Position numbers and translations under genes: made by a program. This document shows, in pieces, positions 39,542 through 49,046 of a stretch of DNA of 64,000 nt (position 1 is its first letter; each line of letters starts with the position of its first letter). The notes under the pieces are model-generated. The model ran no database searches. It worked only from the letters and a program-made list of their open reading frames with translations, and was not told the origin of the DNA. Location of the stretch: the IMG/VR virus record IMGVR_UViG_3300029288_000059, positions 64,001 through 128,000 of that record; one strand, given 5' to 3'. The stretch is from a virus. Taxonomy: Duplodnaviria; Heunggongvirae; Uroviricota; Caudoviricetes.

Positions 39542-40159
39542 TTAGTCTAAATGGTTTTCGTAATATGTATGCTGTCCGTCCCATTTACGGGCATGGGCAA
39601 CGCTATTAATCTTAATACTATTACCATTAATGACTCGATACTTAGTAATTTCATTACTTGTAAAATCATCTCTTTTAGGTTTTACTTGACCCGACCAATC
39701 ATCCCATTCGACGTATTCTTTGCCGATTGGTTTAACTCCAACGGAATTATCACCGATTAACTGTACGACTTGAAAGCAATCTACAATCGTCATATCGTAG
39801 CCCCAACTAGCTACTAGTATATCACCAACTAATAATTCACGTACCTTACTAGCACGTTCTAGTTTACGGTCAGCCATAGTCTTTTCTCTTAGACGTACTG
39901 TATTAAAGAATACATCGATTGCATTATTCATACGTTCTAATGTTGAATATCTATTATAGAAATCTGCTTTATCACGTTTGCCTTGATATCCTTTAATGAT
40001 AAATGACTTAGTGGATGGGTCTTCATCTTGTACATATACAACGGCACTCGACTTATCATCTTTAATTTCACGACCTCTTGTATCTCTAACTAACCAAGGA
40101 CTCTTTGGACCTTCGTTTAATTTATCAAGTTCACGAATTAATTTTGACATTTCATCCAT
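39542..40159 (-). CDS. conserved phage protein, possibly virion-internal
   Basis: VGDILVASWGYDMTIVDCFQV motif; KLNE near the N-terminus; late promoter. Confidence 0.55.
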   Translation of the reverse strand: MDEMSKLIRELDKLNEGPKSPWLVRDTRGREIKDDKSSAVVYVQDEDPSTKSFIIKGYQGKRDKADFYNRYSTLERMNNAIDVFFNTVRLREKTMADRKLERASKVRELLVGDILVASWGYDMTIVDCFQVVQLIGDNSVGVKPIGKEYVEWDDWSGQVKPKRDDFTSNEITKYRVINGNSIKINSVAHARKWDGQHTYYENHLD

Positions 40160-40225
40160 AATAAACACTCCTAATGGAAATTATAAATAACATTGTATTT
40201 ATTTATAAAATTAATCGGGGTAATA

Positions 40226-40582
40226 GTGGTTAAATTCATTGGTTATACAACAGAGGGTACTGCAAGAATACTGTATGATATTAATACATCAATACAAGGA
40301 GTACTTAATTGGTTCAATACACCGTATGGGAGTTTAGATTGGAATCCTACATACGGTAGTATCGTTCAAAACTTATTATTTGAAACCAAAAATGTAACCA
40401 CTGAGAATTTATTAAAAGCCGATGTTCAGAAAGGCTTCGCTACTGACCCAAGATTAAAATTAACTAATTTAACGATGTATCAATTAACAAATGGCTATAC
40501 AGTTAATTGTGAAGTATCATATTTAGGTGGTAATCCAGTAACGTTAAGTTTACAGTTTGATGGTAAGGATTTAACTCAATGA
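40226..40582 (+). CDS. baseplate gp25-like protein
   Basis: TPYGS..NPTYGSIV..LLFE..DPRL. Confidence 0.8.
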   Translation: MVKFIGYTTEGTARILYDINTSIQGVLNWFNTPYGSLDWNPTYGSIVQNLLFETKNVTTENLLKADVQKGFATDPRLKLTNLTMYQLTNGYTVNCEVSYLGGNPVTLSLQFDGKDLTQ

Positions 40583-43500
40583 GTTCATATAGACAAAATA
40601 ATCTATTACGTGCAGAAGATTGGAAAAAGATATATCAAGCTGCTACTAATGTTAATTTTCAAACCACTGATTTTGCTTCATATAGAACAGCATTAGTTGA
40701 TTACCTACGCACAACTTATCCAGAGGATTTTCAAGATTGGATTAATAACTCGGAAATGGTTATGTTATTAGACATGACTGCCTATGTAGCATTCAATCTT
40801 GCGTTTAAAATGGATTTAAATTCACATAATAACGTAATCGAATTAGCCGAAGATGAAACAATGGTATTGAATCTAGCCAATACTGTTGGTTACTATCCAT
40901 CCCGAAATTTACCAGCCCGTTCACTAGCAAAGATTGTGTCAATATCTACAACTGAAGATGTTAAGGATATAGATGGTAGTTCATTAAAGAATGTATTAAT
41001 TAACTGGAATGATTCAACCAATACAAGCTGGTTCGACCAATTTATTAAAGTTTTGAATTCAACATTTATATTGACTAATCCATTCGGTAGTCCTGTTAAA
41101 AAAGGTACGGTGGGTGATGTTAATACATATTCATATCAAATAGATTCAGAATTATATTCTAATATTGTTTATCCATTTACTGCAACCATCAATAATACAT
41201 CTTCAAACTTTGAAGTTGTAAATCCTGATTTCAATGATGCATTTTTCGAACGGGCTCCTTCCCCCGAGAATGCATTTAATTTAATATATAGAAATGATGG
41301 TACGGGTAATAGTTCAAATGATACTGGGTTCTTTGTATATTTCAAACAAGGTACATTAGGATATAATGATTATAATTTCAGTTCGTTAATATCTAATAGG
41401 ACTGTTGACATCTCCGTTGATAATATTAATGATTTAGATGTATGGGTACATGAAATTAATAGTACGACTGGGAAGTCAAAAGTTAAATGGACTAAAGTTG
41501 ATAGTGCTGATAATGTATATTTTAATGATATAGGTAAAGTCACTAGAACAATTTATGAAGTTAAAACTAAACAAAATGACAATGTACAAATTAAGTTCGC
41601 GGATGGTATATACGGTGATATCCCTATTGGTACGTTTAGAGTATGGTACCGTACGTCATTGGGTGCATCATATACAATTACTACTAATGATATAGATAAC
41701 GTCACAGTATCTGTCCCATACGTTAAAAACGATACGACATATCTATTAAAATTAACATTTTCATTAATGGAATCTGTTACTAATTCTGCCACTAGAGAGA
41801 CGATTGAACAAATTAAACAACGTGCCCCACAAGTTTCATCAGCCCAAAAAAGAATGGTTACTGGAGATGACTATAATGTTTATCCATTAAAGTATGGTAG
41901 TTCTATTAAGAAATTAAAAGCAATCAATAGAACCTTTGCAGGACATTCACGTTATATTGATTTGAATGACCCAACAGGAACATATCAAAATACTAATATC
42001 TTTAGTGAAGATGGATTGATATATAAGGAAGATTCATCTATATCAAAATCTGAACCATTACCAACTACAAAGACGGTTAGTGAGTTAGTTGTAGATTATA
42101 TTAATCCATTGTTATCTGAACCAAACCTAGTTAATTTTTACTATAACTATTTTCCAAATTATACATGGATTTATAATAGTACAAAGGTTGCTTGGAAGAG
42201 TACGACGGTTGGTTCTTCGACCTCAACTGGTAATTTTGTCGATTCGACTAATAGTAATGCAATATTAGCTTATAGTTTATCTAATATTAAGGAAGAAACA
42301 TTAGTACGATTGGTTAATGGTGCAACAATTACAACGACCGATTCAAATTACAAGGAAGTTTGGGTTAAGGTTGTAACTATTAATACAGATGGTACTATTA
42401 TTATAAATGAGCCGTTAGATTCAAGTATAACATGGTATGTCGACATATATTATCCAACGTTGAGACATAGTTTCAATGATGAAGAAGTTGTTGAGATAGA
42501 ATCTCAATTATCACTCAATAATTCATTTGGGATAAGATATGACCAAATTAATAGTAAATGGATTATTGTTACTGATGATAATTTAGATACAACGAGTAAT
42601 TTCTCCTTATCATTAGCGGGGGATAATACTTTATCTAATAAGGATAGTAGTTGGTTAATATTAGTTAGTTATAGTTCTACGGGTTGGACTTTTAAATTGC
42701 GTACATTGATGTATGTATTTGAAAGTTTAAACGATGTAAGATTCTTCTATGATAATTCTATAAAAGTTGTAGATATTAATACATCAACGGCATTAAACGA
42801 CTATATCAAGATTTTACGGATTAATTCGAAAGCTAGTAATCATGATAGTAGTTTAGGTAGTGATTATACGTTCACACTGGTTGATTCAATAACATATAAT
42901 GATGGTTACATTGAACCTCGTAGAATACAAATTACATTAAATGATTCTGATAATGATGGTACTGTTGATAATCCATTACAGTTTGTTGAAGTGGTAGAAC
43001 CCGTTACAACTCAAACAGTGGAGGATAATAGATTTCTATTTTGGACTAAAACATTATCAACAGATGGGTATTATTACTATATTCCTACTACTGATATAAC
43101 CATCGTACAAACAACGGTTAGTGGTGCTAGTGGAACATATTTTATTATAGATACTTTATCATTTGTTGAATGGGATGGGACAACAAGTACAACGCCTTCT
43201 ACTGACCAATACTATTATAGAATAGGTAGACAAGGTGTTATATTCCAATGGAAGCATTATGCCAATTTAACACATCGTATTGACCCATCTCCTACTAATA
43301 TAATTGATTTGTTTGTATTAACTAATGAATATTACGACGAAGTGCAAACATGGATGAATACTACAAATAGAGGTGATTTACCAACTCCGCCAGATAGTTC
43401 GGATTTGATGTTGCAGTTTTCAGATTTGAATTTAGCTAAGACTACTAGTGATGAAATAGTATGGCATCCAGTTACGTTCAAATTGTTATTTGGAAGTGAA

Positions 43501-43851
43501 GCTAGTTCAACATTACAAGCCAACTTTAAAATTGTTAAAACGGATTCAACACAACTAACCGATAATGGTATAAAGACAAGTGTTATATCTTATATTAATA
43601 AATTCTTTGATGTTGATAATTGGTCTTTTAGTGAAACATTTTCATTTACTGAATTATCAACTTATATTCATCAAAATATGTTAGGTGATATATCACAGAT
43701 TGTTATCGTCCCTTCAACTGAAACATTGAAGTTTGGTAATCTATTTCAAATCCGTTCAGAATCAAATGAGTTATTTTTATCAACAGCAACAGTAAATAAT
43801 GTACAGATTGTATCAAACTTAAACGATGTTAATATGAGAATAGGTAATTAG
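40579..43851 (+). CDS. baseplate wedge subunit (gp6-like)
   Basis: EDWKKIYQ..DF..YPEDFQDW, ETIEQIKQRAP, RMVTGDDYN. Confidence 0.85.
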   Translation: MSSYRQNNLLRAEDWKKIYQAATNVNFQTTDFASYRTALVDYLRTTYPEDFQDWINNSEMVMLLDMTAYVAFNLAFKMDLNSHNNVIELAEDETMVLNLANTVGYYPSRNLPARSLAKIVSISTTEDVKDIDGSSLKNVLINWNDSTNTSWFDQFIKVLNSTFILTNPFGSPVKKGTVGDVNTYSYQIDSELYSNIVYPFTATINNTSSNFEVVNPDFNDAFFERAPSPENAFNLIYRNDGTGNSSNDTGFFVYFKQGTLGYNDYNFSSLISNRTVDISVDNINDLDVWVHEINSTTGKSKVKWTKVDSADNVYFNDIGKVTRTIYEVKTKQNDNVQIKFADGIYGDIPIGTFRVWYRTSLGASYTITTNDIDNVTVSVPYVKNDTTYLLKLTFSLMESVTNSATRETIEQIKQRAPQVSSAQKRMVTGDDYNVYPLKYGSSIKKLKAINRTFAGHSRYIDLNDPTGTYQNTNIFSEDGLIYKEDSSISKSEPLPTTKTVSELVVDYINPLLSEPNLVNFYYNYFPNYTWIYNSTKVAWKSTTVGSSTSTGNFVDSTNSNAILAYSLSNIKEETLVRLVNGATITTTDSNYKEVWVKVVTINTDGTIIINEPLDSSITWYVDIYYPTLRHSFNDEEVVEIESQLSLNNSFGIRYDQINSKWIIVTDDNLDTTSNFSLSLAGDNTLSNKDSSWLILVSYSSTGWTFKLRTLMYVFESLNDVRFFYDNSIKVVDINTSTALNDYIKILRINSKASNHDSSLGSDYTFTLVDSITYNDGYIEPRRIQITLNDSDNDGTVDNPLQFVEVVEPVTTQTVEDNRFLFWTKTLSTDGYYYYIPTTDITIVQTTVSGASGTYFIIDTLSFVEWDGTTSTTPSTDQYYYRIGRQGVIFQWKHYANLTHRIDPSPTNIIDLFVLTNEYYDEVQTWMNTTNRGDLPTPPDSSDLMLQFSDLNLAKTTSDEIVWHPVTFKLLFGSEASSTLQANFKIVKTDSTQLTDNGIKTSVISYINKFFDVDNWSFSETFSFTELSTYIHQNMLGDISQIVIVPSTETLKFGNLFQIRSESNELFLSTATVNNVQIVSNLNDVNMRIGN

Positions 43852-43852
43852 T

Positions 43853-45088
43853 ATGGTAAACATCTTAAAATTATTAAACGAATATAGAGTATATAACGAC
43901 AATACTTTAAGTGACTACTTGAAACAATACATTCAAAATCCATATATGTATAAACTGTTTTATAAAGATATATCTAATAATCCCAAGTATATGTCCAAAA
44001 TTACATCCAAACTTACTAACGAATGGGATATTAAAGACAAACAAAATGACACATTACGTCAATTTAAACCTACTTCTAATTTAACAGATAAATTAACCCA
44101 TATACGTGATTGGCTAACAGCTAGTAATCCAAACCCAGCCACATTTAACACCATTAAAAATATAGATGGTGCTTATCAAACTGCCGAAACTTGGTTTAAT
44201 AAACAAAAAGTAACTAATACACAAGATGGTGTTACTGGTACTAAATTAATACATACATATAGTGATGGTTATAAGATATTACAATTGCTTACTCCATTAG
44301 CACTTGATTACGAGTCACAACACATGGGACATTGTGTTGGTAAAGGAAGTTATGATAAGAAAGTTACTAGTGGTAAAACTATAATTTACTCATTACGTGA
44401 TACTAAAAACGAACCCCATGCTACTATGGAAGTAACTAATAACACACTTAAACAAATAAAAGGTAAGCAAAATCAACCAGTTGTTGAGAAATATCGCGAC
44501 TATATAAGAGATCTTATTAATCTTAATGACTTTAAAGAAGTTAACGATATTAGAAATATAGGCATGGTTGAACTAGATAACAAGATATATACATTAAAAC
44601 AACTTTATGAAATGAAAGATATTGTTGTAAAAGGAGATGTTAATTTACGTGAAATGGGATTAACCAAGTTACCTCATTTCAAAAGTATAGGTGGTAGTTT
44701 AGATTGTAGTCATAACCAATTAACGAGTTTAGAGGGTTGTCCGACTAGTATAGGTGGTGGTTTATGGTGTAACGATAACCAATTAACAAGTTTAGAAGGT
44801 TGTGCTACTAGTATAGGTGGTAGTTTAGGTTGTAATGATAACCAATTAACCAGTTTAAAATATTGTGCTACTAGTATAGGTGGTGATTTAATTTGTAGTC
44901 ATAACCAATTAACAAGTTTAGAAGGTTGTGCTACATATATAGGTCGTGGTTTATGGTGTAACGATAACCAATTAACAAGTTTAGATGGTTGTGCTACATA
45001 TATAGGTGTTAGTTTAAATTGCCGTAATAACAAAGTTAAATTATCTCGTCCTGAAGGTATTAAGATTGGTTGGAACTTTAGTAACTAA
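43853..45088 (+). CDS. PcfJ-like domain plus C-terminal 21-aa LRR protein with MVNILKLLNE leader (paralog of 26542-27777)
   Basis: same length (411 aa) and architecture; differs at LRR variable positions. Confidence 0.8.
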   Translation: MVNILKLLNEYRVYNDNTLSDYLKQYIQNPYMYKLFYKDISNNPKYMSKITSKLTNEWDIKDKQNDTLRQFKPTSNLTDKLTHIRDWLTASNPNPATFNTIKNIDGAYQTAETWFNKQKVTNTQDGVTGTKLIHTYSDGYKILQLLTPLALDYESQHMGHCVGKGSYDKKVTSGKTIIYSLRDTKNEPHATMEVTNNTLKQIKGKQNQPVVEKYRDYIRDLINLNDFKEVNDIRNIGMVELDNKIYTLKQLYEMKDIVVKGDVNLREMGLTKLPHFKSIGGSLDCSHNQLTSLEGCPTSIGGGLWCNDNQLTSLEGCATSIGGSLGCNDNQLTSLKYCATSIGGDLICSHNQLTSLEGCATYIGRGLWCNDNQLTSLDGCATYIGVSLNCRNNKVKLSRPEGIKIGWNFSN

Positions 45089-45122
45089 ATAAAGTATACG
45101 TTGAGTGAACGGGGTTAATATA

Positions 45123-45542
45123 ATGGTAAACATCTTAAAATTGTTAAACGAAGCATATGAAGTATCTACTTATAGAGGAGATACTGAATATAGTATAATT
45201 TGTACTGGTGATTGTGTTGGTGGTGATGAAGTAGCATTTGAACGTGCAACATTTAGTGGTAGTTTTAGAAGTCCACATTTTGATGGTTTTGAGTTAGTTA
45301 AGGGCAAGATTATAAAAGATTCATATGGAGCAGATAAGCAACAACATACATTCACATTACAAAAAGATGATGGTACTACGTTTAGAATTAAAGGACGTAA
45401 CCTATACGGTAATGGCACATATAGAAAACGTTGGAAGAATGAAGATGAACGTAAAGTTGCACAGGATGAAAAACATGAGCGTGGTAATGCCGCAAGAGCC
45501 ATTAGAGACCAACGACGCGAATTAGAAAAACAAGGATTTTAA
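45123..45542 (+). CDS. MVNILKLLNE-leader protein with CTGD..SYGxxKQQHTFT..KGRNLY domain
   Basis: motifs recalled from the C-terminal domain of plant CCCH62-type proteins. Confidence 0.65.
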   Translation: MVNILKLLNEAYEVSTYRGDTEYSIICTGDCVGGDEVAFERATFSGSFRSPHFDGFELVKGKIIKDSYGADKQQHTFTLQKDDGTTFRIKGRNLYGNGTYRKRWKNEDERKVAQDEKHERGNAARAIRDQRRELEKQGF

Positions 45543-45545
45543 GAT

Positions 45546-46865
45546 ATGAAATTAGGCGATATAGATTTCTTATGTGAACGAATTTCGGTAGATAATGTAT
45601 ATCGTGAAACAGTATCTACATTACAAGAATTATTTAAAGATAAATTCTTTTATGATAGATTTTATGATAAGATGAGTTCTGCTTTAACTAATATTGCTAC
45701 TAAGACGGCGGATAATGTATTACGATGGACTAATAAGAAAGCCATTATGAACGTTAAAGTTGAATCATCAAAACAAGGTGGTGGCGGTACATCATCACAA
45801 GTTTATAAAGAACATTGTCGTATTACTAATATTGAAATACAATTACCATTGGTAAAAGAATTAAAGGATTGGTTATCGGGTACAACTAATTTACCAATTA
45901 ATACTAGGGATGATATTATCGAATATATTGCTCATGTGTTTAGTCATGAGATGACTCATGCTATACAAGAATTACGAGTTAAAGAACCTGCTTATAGTGA
46001 TAATCAAAAATTTAATAAGATTAAAGATAAAACCGCATTAATGCGTACTCCAGAGGAACACCATACTCAACAAATGACAGATGACTTATATACTAAGTAT
46101 CTATCTACAATCGCCGAAATAGGCGCGTATGCAGGTGATGCTTCGCGTGAACTAACACATATAGCTGGTAGTAAACAAGCCGCTCTAGCACTACTTAAAA
46201 CTAACGACAAACGATTGATGCAATCTAGTACATATTACACTTACTTTACTAAAGTAAAAACGAACCGTCCTGTCGCATGGAAAGAGTTTTTAATCTCATT
46301 ACATTTCAATTTAACAGAATCAATTGACGAATCAGTTAAACAGAATACATATAGAGTCTATCATGGTTCTAAGTCCGATTTTAATAGTTTTATCGAGGAA
46401 TATATTTCTGTTAATAATGACCAAGCACTTGGTTGGGGTTTTTATTTTACAGATGATAAGGAAGATGCACAAACATATACTAGTAGTGATGGTGGATATC
46501 TATTAGAATGTGATGTTACTATAAAGAACCCATTATCCAATACAAAACCATTCAAGTATAAAGATGCAGAGACATTAATTAAAAATACACCTAATTATTT
46601 AGATGGCCTAGCTAATTTTGGTGATGTAGATTATGAGGGTGAACGAATAGTCTTACATCAAGCCATTAGTTCCTATATCGATAAAGATATGTTAAGTTCT
46701 TCATTCGCGATTGCTAATGATTTTTATGGTAAAAATGTTAAGACATTTTTAGCAAATATGATAAAGATAGGTTATGATGGAGTTATCGATAGAACTCAGT
46801 CAGCATTACATATAGTTGTGTTCTCTCCTAACCAAGTTAAAATTATCAGTAAAATGAAAGTTTGA
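45546..46865 (+). CDS. polyvalent protein: zincin-like metallopeptidase plus ADP-ribosyltransferase-like domain
   Basis: SHEMTH (HExxH); VYHGS..F, GFYFT, GYDGVI, VVFSPNQVK. Confidence 0.75.
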   Translation: MKLGDIDFLCERISVDNVYRETVSTLQELFKDKFFYDRFYDKMSSALTNIATKTADNVLRWTNKKAIMNVKVESSKQGGGGTSSQVYKEHCRITNIEIQLPLVKELKDWLSGTTNLPINTRDDIIEYIAHVFSHEMTHAIQELRVKEPAYSDNQKFNKIKDKTALMRTPEEHHTQQMTDDLYTKYLSTIAEIGAYAGDASRELTHIAGSKQAALALLKTNDKRLMQSSTYYTYFTKVKTNRPVAWKEFLISLHFNLTESIDESVKQNTYRVYHGSKSDFNSFIEEYISVNNDQALGWGFYFTDDKEDAQTYTSSDGGYLLECDVTIKNPLSNTKPFKYKDAETLIKNTPNYLDGLANFGDVDYEGERIVLHQAISSYIDKDMLSSSFAIANDFYGKNVKTFLANMIKIGYDGVIDRTQSALHIVVFSPNQVKIISKMKV

Positions 46866-46869
46866 TATA

Positions 46870-47316
46870 ATGGTTAGTATATTGAATTTATTAAATGAGA
46901 CAAATTTAGTTAATGATTTTTTAAAACAGGCATCACCTAACGAAATTAAACAATATTCAATGCGTGATAATTGCGGTATTGCTGCATTAGATATGATTGA
47001 GTATGCAAAGAAACATGATAAATTATTAACGAGGGTTAGTGGATACTTTATTGCTGATAAAATAGTAAGTAGTAAGAAGGACTTCACTAATGAGATGCGG
47101 GATGAGTTAATTCTTGATGGGGTTAATTTTAACGATGATAAATTACGATATGAATGGATAATGAAATCTAAATATAAAAATACTATGAAAGAGATACCAC
47201 ATTATTGGTTGATTGACAAACAAGGGAATATTTATGACCCAAGCGGATATTTACAATTTATTAAACGTGGGTATGCAACCGATTTGAATTCTTGGCGTTA
47301 TAAACAAGAAAATTAA
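46870..47316 (+). CDS. putative virion-internal protein with MVSILNLLNE leader (possible papain/transglutaminase-like Cys-His-Asp)
   Basis: DNCG, PHYWL, YDPS. Confidence 0.5.
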   Translation: MVSILNLLNETNLVNDFLKQASPNEIKQYSMRDNCGIAALDMIEYAKKHDKLLTRVSGYFIADKIVSSKKDFTNEMRDELILDGVNFNDDKLRYEWIMKSKYKNTMKEIPHYWLIDKQGNIYDPSGYLQFIKRGYATDLNSWRYKQEN

Positions 47317-47402
47317 AATAAACTATTGACAACCCCGTATAGATAACATACTATAATAAATGTTAGCAAATAATGTGAAAATAAGGTTAAGATTTATTAT
47401 GC

Positions 47403-47439
47403 AAAAATAACCCTACCCGAAAGGCTAGGGTTATTTTTT
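47403..47439 (+). terminator. intrinsic terminator
   Basis: AAAAATAACCCTA-loop-TAGGGTTATTTTTT. Confidence 0.8.
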
Positions 47440-47515
47440 GAACATACCTGTAAATTATCATTTTGACTAACATTCACCCATAAGTTACAATCCTTATGAA
47501 TTTAAATAATGAGGA

Positions 47516-48391
47516 TTGAAATTAATGGTTAAACATATAGATGCATCGTATAACTTATTACACGAAATGAACCAGTATAAGTTAGTAGAATTAGCAGGTA
47601 GAGTTTGTTATAAGTCGGAAGATAAAATTACAGACGAATCATATAAACCGTTTATCACCACTGTTATGAAACGTGGTCATGAAGCAGTATTAGAACATGG
47701 TACGATTTATTTTAAGACATTGGAAAAATTCAAACCCTTATTCGATAGAAGTGATTATATTAAAACAATCTATAACTTCAATGACGGGTTATTATACGGT
47801 GTTGCCAACTTCAGAGCTATGCGTAATTTTATTAAACTAATCGCTAACCCATCGAACTTAAATGTTATTATTGATGGTATTGATGACTTATTATTTAAAG
47901 ATATAGAACAACCCACAAATACAAGTTCAATCATATGTTACTCTATTCCATTAAATGAGTTTAAACAAGTTCCTGGTGCTGCACGGTATGAACGTAAATC
48001 TGTTAAGTTTATATGTGATAGGGCTATTGCAAATGAGATTGTAAGACATAGACCACCTTCATATGCACAAGAGTCAACAAGATATTGTAACTATGGTAAG
48101 ACTAACGGTATTAGTGTTATCACTAGTGATTTCTATGCTAATAATCCAATAGCACAACCGATAATAGATAATGCGTATAAAGTATGTGAATCTGCATATT
48201 TAGAATTATTGTCATTAGGGTTTAAAGCACAAGATGCACGTGAAGTATTACCATTGGGGTTGAAGACTGAAATCTTTGTGACTTGTGATATCATTGAATG
48301 GGAATGGATATTCGAGTTACGTTGTGATAATGCGGCACATCACGAAATTCAAAAGCTAATGAAGCCATTAAAATTAGAAATGTCAAAATAA
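47516..48391 (+). CDS. thyX: flavin-dependent thymidylate synthase
   Basis: GRVCYKS, GHEAVLEHG, RHR..SYAQESTRY, AREVLP. Confidence 0.92.
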   Translation: MKLMVKHIDASYNLLHEMNQYKLVELAGRVCYKSEDKITDESYKPFITTVMKRGHEAVLEHGTIYFKTLEKFKPLFDRSDYIKTIYNFNDGLLYGVANFRAMRNFIKLIANPSNLNVIIDGIDDLLFKDIEQPTNTSSIICYSIPLNEFKQVPGAARYERKSVKFICDRAIANEIVRHRPPSYAQESTRYCNYGKTNGISVITSDFYANNPIAQPIIDNAYKVCESAYLELLSLGFKAQDAREVLPLGLKTEIFVTCDIIEWEWIFELRCDNAAHHEIQKLMKPLKLEMSK

Positions 48392-48471
48392 ACTCTTGAC
48401 ATTATGATATGAATATCATAATATGATATACGTACTTAACTAAATATGATTAAGATGGACATTTTGTTACT

Positions 48472-48508
48472 AAAATAACCATAACCTGCAAGTTATGGTT
48501 ATTTTTTT
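48472..48508 (+). terminator. intrinsic terminator
   Basis: AAAATAACCATAAC-loop-GTTATGGTTATTTTTTT. Confidence 0.8.
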
Positions 48509-48584
48509 GATTATCTGAAAGTTGTTGACAGAACTTACTATTTTTGTTATAACTTAAATTATAACAATATTTTGGAGACGGACA

Positions 48585-48644
48585 ATGATGAAAACATTAT
48601 ATCACGGGATTATTTTCGGGTTTATATTTGGATTAATTATGTAG
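48585..48644 (+). CDS. 19-aa hydrophobic peptide
   Basis: MMKTLYHGIIFGFIFGLIM with GGAG RBS behind the early promoter at 48525. Confidence 0.35.
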   Translation: MMKTLYHGIIFGFIFGLIM

Positions 48645-49044
48645 TTGGTTTAGTAGGCCATGCAATAGTATTAGGATACCCTTCTTGATTTTTAATATCA
48701 CGTAATGCTGCCCGGTATTCTTTGAACTGTTTAACTAGTGGTTTATTCTTTGAAATTGGACTATCCGGTAACATATAGAAATCCGTCTCACTCAATAGTT
48801 GTTGTATAACAACTTTAACTTTTTCGCATTCTTTACTTTTTAACATCGCATCGTATTGGGATAATATATCTGTTTCAGACGGTACTGAAACTGTATTACT
48901 TTTTGACCATAGTAATATATAATCATCACTTAGTTTATGTTCTGTGCTATGAATGTCGTCATCTAGCCCACCATTGTGGATTGAGTATTGTGCATTAGGA
49001 ACGAGTTGTTCAATAATAGAAGATAAAATTTTAATATCGTACAT
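48637..49044 (-). CDS. tail fibre assembly chaperone
   Basis: LLSETDF.MLPD.P..YRAALRDI..QEGYP..IAWPTKP. Confidence 0.8.
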   Translation of the reverse strand: MYDIKILSSIIEQLVPNAQYSIHNGGLDDDIHSTEHKLSDDYILLWSKSNTVSVPSETDILSQYDAMLKSKECEKVKVVIQQLLSETDFYMLPDSPISKNKPLVKQFKEYRAALRDIKNQEGYPNTIAWPTKPTT

Positions 49045-49046
49045 AG

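Noticed and set aside
26542-45088. Diversity-generating retroelement as the source of LRR variation
   Set aside because: No reverse transcriptase in the window, no non-coding template repeat seen, and the differences are not visibly restricted to adenines
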